This document shows positions 1-11,225 of a stretch of 64,000 nt of DNA, piece after piece. The notes below the pieces were generated by a model. It saw nothing but the letters and a program-made list of their open reading frames with translations. It did not search any database and was not told the origin of the DNA. This DNA is from Macrostomum hystrix (Eukaryota > Animalia > Platyhelminthes): the NCBI GenBank assembly GCA_950097015.1, contig CATNEN010000038.1:21204001-21268000 (forward strand), read 5' to 3'. Position 1 is the first letter of the stretch. Every line of letters starts with the position of its first letter. The position numbers were made by a program, and so were the translations under genes.

Positions 1-1771
1 GGTTGCCGAAATACTTCGTGCCCTGGCCAAGTGAGTACTTGCCGTCCGTCATGACAATATTAATGTGTTTGATTTCGTCGTTATATTTAATTGACAATGC
101 CTTGCCTCCAGAACTATTGTTCCTAAGAACAAATGTGCCGTTGGGTTTTCCTGCAAGTAGTTGCTTGAGTCTTTCTCGAGACACATTCCCGTGATCAAAG
201 AATTCCGTCTGTTGCTCAACAAAATGCTTGAAGCAGTGCACGTGAAAACAGCATTCCCCGGTGCAGTGTGAGCAGCTGTAGCCTTGCATGAACGAGCCCA
301 GAAGAATTTGCTCACACTTCGTGCAGCGAGTGTTCTCTGGAAACGTCTTGAGCTCGAATCGATGGTTCAGCGAGTTCCAGCCAGGTGGCTTGTTCAATTC
401 AACGGCATTCTCGATCGTCTGCTTCCACTTCTCGAGCTCGTTGCCCCTCTTCATTCCATCAAGGACAATCCGATCGCCGTTTTCCCGAATGATTTCTAGA
501 CTGGAAGGCTTCTCACACTTTTTCACCTCAAGAATGTTGACGATCGGAACGTTAAAGTTGAACGAGCTATGGGATTGCTTCTTTTGCAGTCTAGAGGCAA
601 CGATCAGCTGCTTGGTGGTGAGGAGACAGGTGCACAACTTGGTCTCTGCCTTTTGATCATTCACAGTCCTCACCTTGAAGCAATCGTCAGCCTGGTGCAG
701 TCCGATCTGTGCCGGGTCGCGAAGCTCGGTCGGTAGGTCGTCGATCTGACCGAGCACCGCCTTCGTCACCGCCAGCTGCTCTGCCTGTCGCTTGTACTCG
801 TTGGCTCGATCGAGGAGCTCCGACATGCCAGCAACAGCCTCACCGATGAGAGCAGCAGCGTGGGGTATCTCCTTCGCGGCTGATTCCTGCAGCCGCTTGT
901 AGAGCATGAGACAGCTCGTCATCTGTCTGATCGGAGAGTCGAACAAGGCACGGAATGTCAAACCGCATTGGCCATTGTTGAAGTGTCTCTCCAGTAAGCT
1001 AAGCTGAAGCTTCAGACCAGGTGCTTTCTTGAATTCCTCTTCCATTCTGGCGTTTGCAGTGGGCAGGTGCGAGAAGTACTGCTTGTAGATCTCCAGCTTC
1101 GGAGCCATCTCCCGGAACACTGTGCCCAGCTGCATGCAGAATCGTTCACACCCCTGATCGGCCAGACCTGCAAGCTTCGCATAGAACTCCTTGTGGACCA
1201 GGTAGAGCTGCTCAATGTGGCTAAACACGACGCACACAAAGTCCTCGCTCCACTCTGACAACAGTCCGAGAAGCTGCGCCCGGTAGAGCAGCAGTTTGGT
1301 GAGCTTGTCCACCAATGAGCTCTCGTGATCGCATATCTCCTTGATCACATTCTCCATGAGGCCACTGCCGACGCTCGTAGTCGACTGTCGTCTCGGCTCC
1401 TGAGAAGCAACGCCAGGTCGGCTGAGAAGCTTTTGGATTGTGCTGATGACCTTCTCCGCGTTGCTTATGTCAAGAAGCTCGTCTGGCTCAAACACCTCAT
1501 CTTCTTGCATGCCGAACTCTTCAAGGCACTGAGTTCGGAAGAACTCCAAGTTGTTTCTCGCCATGAAAGACGAGTTGATGGCAAAGTATGTACCTTCATC
1601 ATTTGAGATTCGACCGTTGCTGAGTTGTGAAAGCACTGTGCACAGGATCTCTCCATCGCTGAGAATCTGACAAAGCTCCTCTTCGCTAGAACAATCCGAT
1701 GCAAAGTCAGCGTCGGAGAGGAGCTTCTGAAGGCCTTTGATGCAGTCTTTTAGTGGCTTCGATCTATCCAT
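1..1771 (-). CDS. VAV: Vav-like protein (CH-DH-PH-C1-SH2), intronless, 3' end beyond the left window edge
   Basis: Manually translated stop-free frame from ATG 1771 to base 2 (590 codons). It is absent from the ORF track because no stop lies in the window. CH: ELCQILSDGEILCTVL..FMARNNLEFFRTQCLEEFGMQEDEVFEPDELLDISNAEKVISTI. DH end: AGMSELLDRANEYKR. C1: HRFELKTFPENTRCTKCEQILLGSFMQGYSCSHC. SH2: GTFVLRNNSSGGKALSIKYNDEIKHINI (Vav: SIKYNVEVKHIKI). Confidence 0.9.
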   Translation of the reverse strand, partial: MDRSKPLKDCIKGLQKLLSDADFASDCSSEEELCQILSDGEILCTVLSQLSNGRISNDEGTYFAINSSFMARNNLEFFRTQCLEEFGMQEDEVFEPDELLDISNAEKVISTIQKLLSRPGVASQEPRRQSTTSVGSGLMENVIKEICDHESSLVDKLTKLLLYRAQLLGLLSEWSEDFVCVVFSHIEQLYLVHKEFYAKLAGLADQGCERFCMQLGTVFREMAPKLEIYKQYFSHLPTANARMEEEFKKAPGLKLQLSLLERHFNNGQCGLTFRALFDSPIRQMTSCLMLYKRLQESAAKEIPHAAALIGEAVAGMSELLDRANEYKRQAEQLAVTKAVLGQIDDLPTELRDPAQIGLHQADDCFKVRTVNDQKAETKLCTCLLTTKQLIVASRLQKKQSHSSFNFNVPIVNILEVKKCEKPSSLEIIRENGDRIVLDGMKRGNELEKWKQTIENAVELNKPPGWNSLNHRFELKTFPENTRCTKCEQILLGSFMQGYSCSHCTGECCFHVHCFKHFVEQQTEFFDHGNVSRERLKQLLAGKPNGTFVLRNNSSGGKALSIKYNDEIKHINIVMTDGKYSLGQGTKYFGN

Positions 1772-2355
1772 TTTCCCGAATGAATATCGTGCTGCAGTTA
1801 TTTTAGATTGGATTCTTAAGCTACTAGGTTTTGGGTTGCTTAACTTCTTGACAAGTTCTTTCTCTTTTCTTTATCGTTTTCTAGAGACACTGGACTCAGA
1901 TGCACACCGTCGGCCTCCTTCTCATCAACTTGATTGGCGCCACTTTATTCTCGCCTATTTCTCTCTCTGTCTATCTCTCTCTTTCTCTCCTTCGCGGCTT
2001 GTGCGTTGTCAGTTGTTAAGTTGTAGAGCCCATTTTCTGTGTACAAGCGGGCTAGAGCACATTATTCAATGCGAAAAGGAACAAAAACACGGATTTCAAA
2101 AATGCACTGTTTTACATCCAGTTACATGTAAGCTTTGTCGCAAACTGCAAATTTATTATCACTTAGGTAAGCAGAAAAGCATAGCAATAGAACTATCACA
2201 AAGAACTATCACAATGACGCTTTTTGTCAAGCAATTTTCTTCAATGAAAAAAGTGCTTCATTCGCTCGTCTAAGCTAAGTTCGCATTGCTATATTTATTT
2301 TTTGCGGATCACTAGCGCCAAGGTAAAAATGTTGGCTAAGGCCACTCTTTAAATA

Positions 2356-3082
2356 GAAACTAGAATGCACTAGACTAAACCAGAATAAACTAGAACACAC
2401 TAGAATACACTAGACTAAACCAGAATAAACTAGAATACACTAGAATACACTAGACTAAACCAGAATAAACTAGAACACACTAGACTAAACCAGAATAAAC
2501 TAGAACACACTAGACTAAACCAGAATAAACTAGAACACACTAGACTAAACCAGAATAAACTAGAACACACTAGAATACACTAGACTAGACCAGAATAAAC
2601 TAGAACACACTATAGAATACACTAGACTAAACCAGAATAAACTAGAATACACTAGACTAAACCAGAATAAACTAGAACACACTAGAATACACTAGACTGA
2701 ACCAGAATAAACTAGAACACACTAGAATACACTAGACTAAACCAGAATAAACTAGAACACATTAGAATACACTAGACTAAACCAGAATAAACTAGAACAC
2801 ACTAGAATACACTAGACTAAACCAGAATAAACTAGGATACACTAGAATACACTAGAATACACTAGAATACACTAGACTAAACCAGAATAAACTAGAATAC
2901 ACTAGACTAAACCAGAATAAACTAGAACACACTAGAATACACTAGACTGAACCAGAATAATCTAGAACACATTAGAATACACTAGACTAAACCAGAATAA
3001 TCTAGAACACATTAGAATACACTAGAATACAAAAATACACTAGAGTACACTAGAGCAGTCTAGAATACTCTAGAATACACTA
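2356..3082. repeat. Minisatellite of 10-bp subunits (TAGAATACAC / TAGACTAAAC / CAGAATAAAC)
   Basis: Direct tandem repetition. Confidence 0.95.
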
Positions 3083-3388
3083 GAGTCGCATGAGGGCAGC
3101 AGACACTGTATGGTTCAGAACTGGCGCGATGACCCTCGGAGGTATGCTGGGATCGCCATGGACGTAGCCGACATCAGTAAAGCGAACAATTCTTTCAGGC
3201 GGCATGAAAATACTCAGAGCCAGGGTTTTGATAGGTGCGTCACCCCACCTGTACCTGTAGATGCCGCCCAGGTGATCAATATAGTCAGCAAATCTGCGGT
3301 ACTCCTCCGACATCCAGATGCGAGTGCTGGCCACCTCGAAGTTGTTGAAGAAGCAATAGTCGGCCGGAATTCGATTGAAAAATTGCTT
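3080..3388 (-). pseudogene. C-terminal fragment or terminal exon of a GT15 (KRE2/KTR-like) alpha-1,2-mannosyltransferase
   Basis: KQFFNRIPADYCFFNNFEVAS..SEEYRRFADYIDHLGGIYRYRWGDAPIKTLALSIFMPPERIVRFTDVGYVH matches the GT15 motifs NFE, GGxxxxRWGDAP and GYxH. In-frame TGA upstream at 3389-3391; no upstream exons recognised. Confidence 0.7.
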
Positions 3389-5659
3389 TCAGAAAATTTT
3401 CTTGCAGAAAGTTTGCTTGCCGAAGATTGCTTGTTGAAGTTTGCTTGCCGAGCTACATGTGGTTTGGTTGTTGTTGACATAAGGTAATTCGAGTAGGCGT
3501 AGCTATTTGTTCATAAATCAATTCGAATGAAGTATTACAAATGCACGCGGGTAGGATAGAGTAAGAAAAAAATGGCAAAAACATTTTACACCACACAGCG
3601 CGAGAGAGACAAAGCTGGGCACAAGCAGCACAAGGTGGCGGGGTGGGTGTCTGGGGTGGGTGTTTTCACCCAATCAGCGAGCGCCGATCGGACACTAAAG
3701 ACCACACTACACAGAAAGCAAACTTTTTGCAAGCCAAATTCATGGACCCTTGGATGACAGACCAACTTGTCGTTAGCTGACTGCGACAGGGCAATCGGTT
3801 TTCTACTTGCGGACCAGTTGTCTTTTATTTAACTTTTAATCACCTAAAATCAAATGCTGTTTTTGCCTCTCGCTGTGTTGTTGATTCTGTATACACAGTT
3901 CAATTCTATGACCTTCTAATACACCACTTGTGCCGGGTTTGCACCACGAATTCTATAATATATATTACCCAGACGTGCCACTCCTACATCATCAAATTTA
4001 AGGCTGACAGTGACATAACATGTAGACAACTTATTCGTTTTCCAACCAATTTCAGCATATTTTCACCCCATTTGAGCAGACTGGCAGGCTTGTCAGTTGG
4101 TTGAACTCTCTTTAAAACACAACTCGGGGACAAGCTTCTCCATGCTTAGTGGCAAATTTCTTCCCTGTCAAGGTGCCGTTGAAATTACGAGATAGTCAGC
4201 GACGATTAAACAGTGTGATCTCGTGCACAGCGTCGTGGGAAGGGCCGGTGGCAGAGCGGTTAACGCGTTTTCCTCTCGCAACAATGTCCCTAGGCTCAAT
4301 TCCGCGGCGAGGCCACATTTATTTGGGGCGCAGCCACAAAGAGAAGGCTTGGTGCACATTTACACCCTTGAGGGCCAACCTCCAAGGCACAGTGAGAGTG
4401 TACACTGCCTGACGTCGATGTGAAAGTTAGGGCAGATGTACACACCTGTGTGAGCGTGTGCCTGCGTACAGTATATGAATGCGTGTGTGCTTAGGATTAA
4501 TCGAAAAGGCAGAACTGCCTCATCGCTGACTGCTGGTCTAGTGTACCAATTGATGTTGCTATTACGAACCATTGCAGCCCTCCTGCAATTTATAATAATA
4601 ATGATGCACAGCGTCGTTAACGAGACGAGGCAGCAGCTGAAGTCAGTGTTGATGGAGATTGAACTGTATATATCCGTCAGTTGTCCTGCTTTGCTCAAAT
4701 AGTGAAATTTGTCGGAATTGATTGAAAAACGAAGCAGGTGCTTATGGTCATGCTTAAATTTTCGTCCAATACCTCTGATGTCCAAAAAACTTAAAAACTT
4801 TTTCCACATTAAGTTGGTAAAAAGATATATTTCTTGTTATTCAACATCTCTGACAATATCATCCTTTTCAGCAAATGATCTTAGAAGTACATTCGAATTA
4901 TTACTGAGTTGCGTTAAAATTTAGTTAAAGAATCGATTAAAAACGCACGATTTTAGCTCGTAAGCTCTGAAGCAGAAATATAACATTATGGATAGGCTGC
5001 TTAGGGAAGAAATGAGCGAAACGGTCGAGGCGCGTAGCGTTTAAACGGCTACTATGAGAAGCTCAGATTCACCGACTCGACATGGCTGCTACCACCACAA
5101 TTAAGAAATTGCAAATCCTTTTCGATTGAGACAAAAAAGCTAAATTTTACATATATTTAAAAAAAAAGAAGTACAAAAAACTTCAGAATTATTTTGGAAA
5201 GTTTACCTTCGAAAAAAAGTTGTAATTTCAGCAAGGTATTGCCTTTCGGTAGGCCTGGTTTTACACCAATATGTGCGAGTAACAGCCTGCTTCAACGAGC
5301 TTAATCGACAGAAGATAAGTTATGCAAGAACATGAATGTCTGGCAAAAAAGATTAAGTTTTTGGGCCACAAGGGTACAGGAAAAAGCTACTAAGATAAGT
5401 TCTTGAACAGTTTTGAAAAGACTACTCAAAATGTTATAAAAGCTAGATAAAATAAACAAGAAAATATCATAACTTTGTTTAAACTCAGCTTAAACTTAAT
5501 CTTAAACTTAGCAAAATTGTTTTAATAAGCTTTCATTCGGATATTTAGTTCCTGCACAGCAATTATATTTGCGTGCTCAAGGATATAATACACTTATTCT
5601 AACTTTTCAGATCGCAAATCAGTAAAAAACGCAGCATTCAATATTTTTGTGTTTAATTT

Positions 5660-6433
5660 TTAATTTGGAATCGAGGACTTGACAAATTTCAGCCACTGTC
5701 GCAGGTCGTTAGGGTCGGAACCCTGCAGCTGCACCGTGGCGTCGAAGTACGGCATGATGACGCACTCGAGCCTTCCCGGATGCCAGTAGAATCCAACGCA
5801 ATCAGGTCCGAATGTGTAGCAGTTGACGGTGCAGTCAAACACACTCGGAATGCCGCGGTACCTAATGGAGCATCCGGGATCGGGTTGGTCGTACTCGACG
5901 ATTTCGGCGCGATCGAATTTGAATTTGGCCGGATTGACATTACGCACGCTCGAGTCAAGGTAGCAGCGAAATGTGTGTTTTTCATTGCAGCTCGAGTCTC
6001 TCAGTCGAAAATTACTGTTGTGCACATTTGCGCAGTCCTGTAAAAGCGCGTTATTAGGCTCGCCGCTTGAGAAGTATCCATCGGTTTCAGAGGTGACCTG
6101 GCCATCTTTCATCCACACCCAACCGCTCTTGTTTAAGCTTCTTTCGTACAGAGCATCGGTCAGACCAACCCACCAGTTGCCATGGCTGGAGACCGCGCCA
6201 CTGGATTTGATGGCGTCAAATACAGGCTTGCTGATCATCTCAGCTCCGATGGCGTGACAGGCCTTCACAGCCTCACAGAATGTCACGAGTGTACTGTTGA
6301 GGTCGGTGACACACCAAGGGTTGCCTCCATCACCGACTTTTGGTATGGAAATTGTTCCGATCGGACACGCGTGCAGCTGAGAAACCACAGCTAGAATGAG
6401 AAACAAAGTTTCAAAGTCAAATCTAAAACTCAT
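5660..6433 (-). CDS. Secreted C-type lectin + PAN/apple domain protein (copy 1)
   Basis: Signal peptide, WWVGL, EPN motif, CTLD cysteines, and a C-terminal CxxxC..DCVGFYWH..C PAN-like module; single exon. Confidence 0.9.
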   Translation of the reverse strand: MSFRFDFETLFLILAVVSQLHACPIGTISIPKVGDGGNPWCVTDLNSTLVTFCEAVKACHAIGAEMISKPVFDAIKSSGAVSSHGNWWVGLTDALYERSLNKSGWVWMKDGQVTSETDGYFSSGEPNNALLQDCANVHNSNFRLRDSSCNEKHTFRCYLDSSVRNVNPAKFKFDRAEIVEYDQPDPGCSIRYRGIPSVFDCTVNCYTFGPDCVGFYWHPGRLECVIMPYFDATVQLQGSDPNDLRQWLKFVKSSIPN

Positions 6434-7280
6434 ATTAATAGGCGCTGCACTAAAAGTTTTATTGCTAAAAGAATTCTGTTGAGATACACTATGAAAGGAG
6501 TATTTAAATAGTGATTTGACTCGTGCTAGTAGCTACAGGCTCTTAGATGCATTGCAGTTAATGATCTGGCCGGGAATCGTCCGTCGCATGGTAACGCATG
6601 ACAAATATGAGTTTTCCGTTTCCCAGAAACCCATCCACCAGTCGATTGTTTGCACTGGTGGGTTTGAGAACCGTGTTTTTTCTGCCTTCTGGCTTCCTGT
6701 CATGCCGGACCAACGAGTTGCTTTATTCCTAAAGTCTCGAAATCGATTCTAGCTGTCGACAATTCATTTCTCGATGCATTTAAAAGATAGCCACAACGGC
6801 TTCTATAGCTTTAGTGGACAGGAAACCGGATAAAGACTTTATGCTAGTTTGCCTCTGACATCCTAGAAATGCAGTCACTCTGCGAGCGATGCCACGAAAA
6901 ATTTTTCTCGATTTACAGTAAAAAGACTAGGGGCTTTTTTAATTACTAAATGTTTCTTTTTCTGCATCTCCTTAAATACTCAACCAATCTTCATGAACAT
7001 GCAGAGCATGGGCTATCCGTTCTATCCGATGAAACGGCTGCCAGAACCACAAAACATCCAGCATCGTCGAGATATTCAACGATTGTGTCTGGTGACAAAA
7101 ACCAGTTAAAAGTTAGTTCATCGTAGTTCATAGTTCAAAGTGCGGAAAACTTTTATTCAGATGGTGGACTCTCACGAGAATCGGTCATTCGGTTTGGGAG
7201 CTATCGTGAAGTAGGCACGATCTCAGTGCGTTTTTAAAACACCCCTTGGTCTTTCACAGTGGGAAATAGCATAGTCTTTC

Positions 7281-7900
7281 GGCAATTTTGCAGTTTCGCA
7301 CGTTTGATTATTTTTATTTTCCAAATGGTGCAAGAACGTGTTACACGTCATTTGGGCAGTGTTTGCTCGGGATGATCGAGCGTGGTTCCAACCGCTGCAT
7401 GATGGTGGCTGTTCCGGACAGGTCGGCGGCAACTCTTCTGCCAATAATTGCCCGTCATGTGCTTCCTGGCAGACGGATCATCACGGACCATCGGATCATC
7501 AAGCCTATAACCAACTGGCCAACCATGTGACTGTCAATCACCGGCTCAACTTCGTGGACCCCAACAATCCAATGGTCCATACCAACATCATTGAAGGCAA
7601 ATGGGCCCATGTCAAGGCCAGACTGCGGTCCATGAATGGAACATCAAAGGCGCTATTCGAGACACACCTAGAAGAGTTTCTCTGGCGCCGGTGCTTCCCG
7701 CGGAAGATCTTCGGGAATCTTCTATTCTGGGTGGCTCACTACTACCCCGTGTAATTGGTGCAGACTCTGAGGTTTCTAGCATGTGTCTGACTGTCTCTTG
7801 TTGTCTCCTGTTGCATTTTGTTATGTTGTATTTCGTTATGTATCCTTCTGAAACGATTTAAAATTAAAAATAATTAAACGTGCGAAACTGCAAGATTGCC
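7281..7900 (+). mobile_element. Internally deleted Merlin (IS1016/IS1595-like) DNA transposon
   Basis: About 36-bp TIRs (GGCAAT[T/C]TTGCAGTTTCGCACGTTT..) and a 9-bp TSD (TAGTCTTTC / TGGTCTTTC). Frameshifted transposase remnant: GMIERGS..VPDRSAATLLPII..ITD / TVNH..FVDP..HTNIIEGKW..HLEEFLWR. Confidence 0.88.
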
Positions 7901-8528
7901 TGGTCTTTCTACTGTTAAAGAGGCCTGCTATGCATCAAACGATAAAGCGATTTGCTTTTGTAGCAAGCTAATCGTGGAGCTACTATCAACATCGCCTTAA
8001 AGAGACGGCATTCCGTTGCGATGACGTATAGGAACGCACTGGAAAATCGATATCAAAGAGACTTTATTCGACAAATCTTCCCACAATAGCCCATAGGTTA
8101 CGAAATTAAATATATGCCGACAAAATGTGCTTGTCTTAAAATCACTGATTGCAAGAAAAATGCTTGATGATAAGCTCAATTTGTTCGTTTATTAAGTAAT
8201 TTTAACGATGGCAAAAAATCAGTAGCATCTACGTTTTGTTACACTATCATTTGCATTTTAAGTCTTTAGCAAATTATGTTTATTTTTCCTTATTTACGAG
8301 CTATTATGTTTATTACGTTTAATATGTTTATTAAATAACCTAACCTGTTCTAAAACTCATTTGCAAATAAACTCTCAAAATTATGCGGTTTGTGTATCTA
8401 CTTTAAAAAGGTGCAATACTTGTCCAGATCACAGATAATATATAATCTGTTATATATTATCTGTGGTCCAGATACTTGTCCAGATCGTTCAGTCAATAAG
8501 AGCGCTATTATCAACAAGCTGCGGAAAA

Positions 8529-9302
8529 CTAGGCTTTTACAAATTTCAGCCACTGTCGCAGGTCGTTAGGGTCGGAACCCTGCAGCTGCACCGTGGCGTC
8601 GAAGTACGGCATGATGACGCACTCGAGCCTTCCCGGATGCCAGTAGAATCCAACGCAATCAGGTCCGAATGTGTAGCAGTTGACGGTGCAGTCAAACACA
8701 CTCGGAATGCCGCTGTACCTAATGGAGCATCCGGGATCGGGTTGGTCGTACTCGACGATTTCGGCGCGATCGAATGTGAATTTCGCCGGATTGACATTAC
8801 GGACGCTCGAGTCAAGGTAGCAGCGAAATGTGTGTTTTTCATTGCAGCTCGAGTCTTTAAATTGAAAGCCAGTCGTGAACACACTTGCGCAGTCCTGTAA
8901 AAACACGTTATTAGGCTCGCCGCTTGAGAAGTATCCATCGGTTTCAGAGGTGACCTGGCCATCTTTCATCCACACCCAACCGCTCTTGTTTAAGCCTCTT
9001 TCGTACAGAGCATCGGTCAGACCGACCCACCAGTTGCCATTGCTGGAGACCGCGCCACTGGATTTGATGGCGTCAAATACAGGCTTGCTGATCATCTCAG
9101 CTCCGATGGCGTGACAGGCCTTCACAGCCTCACAGAATGTCACGAGTGTACTGTTGAGATCGGTAACACACCATGTCATGTTGCTGCTACCAATTGCTGG
9201 AGTGGTTCCATTTGGACAGCCTTGGGACTGAGAAACGGATAGCAATATCAGAATTAGGAACAGAACTGCAGCGTTTTTCATGAACTGCTCTTGCTGTGCC
9301 AT
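8529..9302 (-). CDS. Secreted C-type lectin + PAN/apple domain protein (copy 2)
   Basis: Near-identical to copy 1 from WCVTDLN to LKFVK; different signal peptide. Confidence 0.9.
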   Translation of the reverse strand: MAQQEQFMKNAAVLFLILILLSVSQSQGCPNGTTPAIGSSNMTWCVTDLNSTLVTFCEAVKACHAIGAEMISKPVFDAIKSSGAVSSNGNWWVGLTDALYERGLNKSGWVWMKDGQVTSETDGYFSSGEPNNVFLQDCASVFTTGFQFKDSSCNEKHTFRCYLDSSVRNVNPAKFTFDRAEIVEYDQPDPGCSIRYSGIPSVFDCTVNCYTFGPDCVGFYWHPGRLECVIMPYFDATVQLQGSDPNDLRQWLKFVKA

Positions 9303-10442
9303 TCTAAAATAGCGCTGTGCTGATGTCGCGTCTTTGCGTCTCTGGACAGAGCAAACTTCAACTCAAATAGTTCTGCCCAATTGATGCTTTTTCTAGCTAT
9401 ATACTGTCGTATCAGAAATTTTCCAAGAATTGTTTTTTCAGAAAAACTAACGAAGCTTTAAGTCTCTTTTTTCCACGCAGGAGTGAAAAGTATTCAGAAT
9501 CGTTTATTTGGATTCGGATAAACGTAGGTGGCATGTCATATCCTGCTAAGTATATCGATTGCAGCACCAATCAATATAGGTGAAGACAGCTCATTTAAAC
9601 TTGTTTCACGCATCAGATCATCATCGCACGGATATGGTTCAGCAACGCTACGCCTGTCAGCGAGAAAATGTGCATTTGGATTGTGACGCATCATTGTTTA
9701 GTAGAAGGGGGTAGTTGAGAGTTATTTAGTGAATAGGCTACCAATAACTGGCCACCGTGAGCTGGCAATGCGTCTGTTTGATAATGATAGATAATTTTAT
9801 TAATCAATAGTGTATTTCACTCACGTAAAATTTCATAAAGCTACATTTGTTTTAATTTTACGAGTATATCGAAAAGTAAATTGATGACGTCAAAAGCGTC
9901 TTCTTGTTTAACACTAGGTGGAGCGAGCTGTACCTTACTACGACAAGACGCACTTAATTATTTAGGGTGCCAGTGCCAGTATATTTTACTTATATGAAGA
10001 TAACGCTTTAAAGGACCAGTGGGACCTGAATTGAGGCATCGGTAAGCCTATATGCTATTCGAGTTCTTCCACATGCAACAAGCAGAATGGCATTCCACAC
10101 AGTTGATTTTACTTCATGTCAAATTAGCCATGATCGAAGAGTGCCATGGCGACTTGGCATGCAGCCCTAATTAGTCCAACCCGATAGGTAGAGCTTCATT
10201 TTGAGTTATTTTTGTCGCGTCATAACTTCTGAATGAAATGACCAAAGTGCACGCAACTAAATTCATTGGAAATAAGAGATGTGACGCTATTAAATGACAC
10301 CAAATTTGCACTTGCAGATGCTCTGGGATCGAACTCGAACTTTCTGGACACCACTCGTAAAACGAGTTTTATTGAATTGAATTTACCTTTATTATATCAC
10401 AATATTGGTTAATGAATTTTTGCATTTGTGACGTCTCTTTCA

Positions 10443-11225
10443 TCATTCCGTGCGCAAATACTTCACCCACTGCATCATCTCCAAAGTGTTAGCGGAAAAC
10501 GCCGAGACGTTCAACGGCAGTGTGGCGTCGAAGTAGCGGAGCAGAGCGCACTGCTTCCGGATCGGGTGCCAGTAGAATCCGACGCAGTCACCGAACTCGT
10601 ACTGAAGACAGGTCAGGGTGCAGCTGAAACTACTAGTAGTAGTAGCCGCAGCGTGGATCCAGCAGCCGGGGTCGGGCTGCTGACGAGCGCGGATTTCCAC
10701 CAGCTCAAATTTGCCACCATCAGGTCTCGAGGTAGCGCGGGCGGCCGTTGTCGGATCCGAGTAGCAGTAGAAAGCATTTCCGGCTTCACAGTTTTCATCC
10801 CTTAACTGCTTTAAATTCCCTGTTGTAGTCATACAGTCTTGGTTGAACTGATCATTCGGTTCGTTGTTATTGAAGTAACTCTCTCGACCGTCAGTGACTT
10901 GTCCGTTCTTGGCCCATACCCAGCCATCTGCAGAAATGCCTCTTTCGTTCAGAGCGTCAACCAGACCAACCCACCACTGCCCAGCTGTAACAAGTTCGCT
11001 GCTCTTCATGGCCTCGTACACCGACTTGCTTATCATCTCCATGCCATTCTCGTGGCACGTCTTCACAGCGTGGCAGAACGTCTTTGAAGTGTCGAATCTC
11101 TTCACGCACCAGGTCGAGGCACCCTGCACAACCTGAATTGCGTCAGCATCGCAAGATGCATCAATCAGAGCAGTAAATTCGTTGGCAAATAGAAATGCCA
11201 AAATCAAGATAAACTGTTTCGGCAT
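10443..11225 (-). CDS. Secreted C-type lectin + PAN/apple domain protein (copy 3)
   Basis: Signal peptide, WWVGL, EPND, QPDPGC, DCVGFYWHP. Confidence 0.9.
   Translation of the reverse strand: MPKQFILILAFLFANEFTALIDASCDADAIQVVQGASTWCVKRFDTSKTFCHAVKTCHENGMEMISKSVYEAMKSSELVTAGQWWVGLVDALNERGISADGWVWAKNGQVTDGRESYFNNNEPNDQFNQDCMTTTGNLKQLRDENCEAGNAFYCYSDPTTAARATSRPDGGKFELVEIRARQQPDPGCWIHAAATTTSSFSCTLTCLQYEFGDCVGFYWHPIRKQCALLRYFDATLPLNVSAFSANTLEMMQWVKYLRTE

Noticed and set aside
288-2273. Short ORFs called over 0.3-2.3 kb
   Set aside because: Shadows of the Vav-like frame, or non-coding upstream sequence
3750-3815. NLSLADCDRAIGFLLA, resembling a Tc1 transposase N-terminus
   Set aside because: Too short, and no TIRs were identified
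7178-7217. ~40-bp match to 47908-47946 (AATCGGTCATTCGGTTTG..CTATCGTGAAGTAGGCA)
   Set aside because: Probably a fragment of a dispersed repeat; boundaries and family cannot be defined from this window
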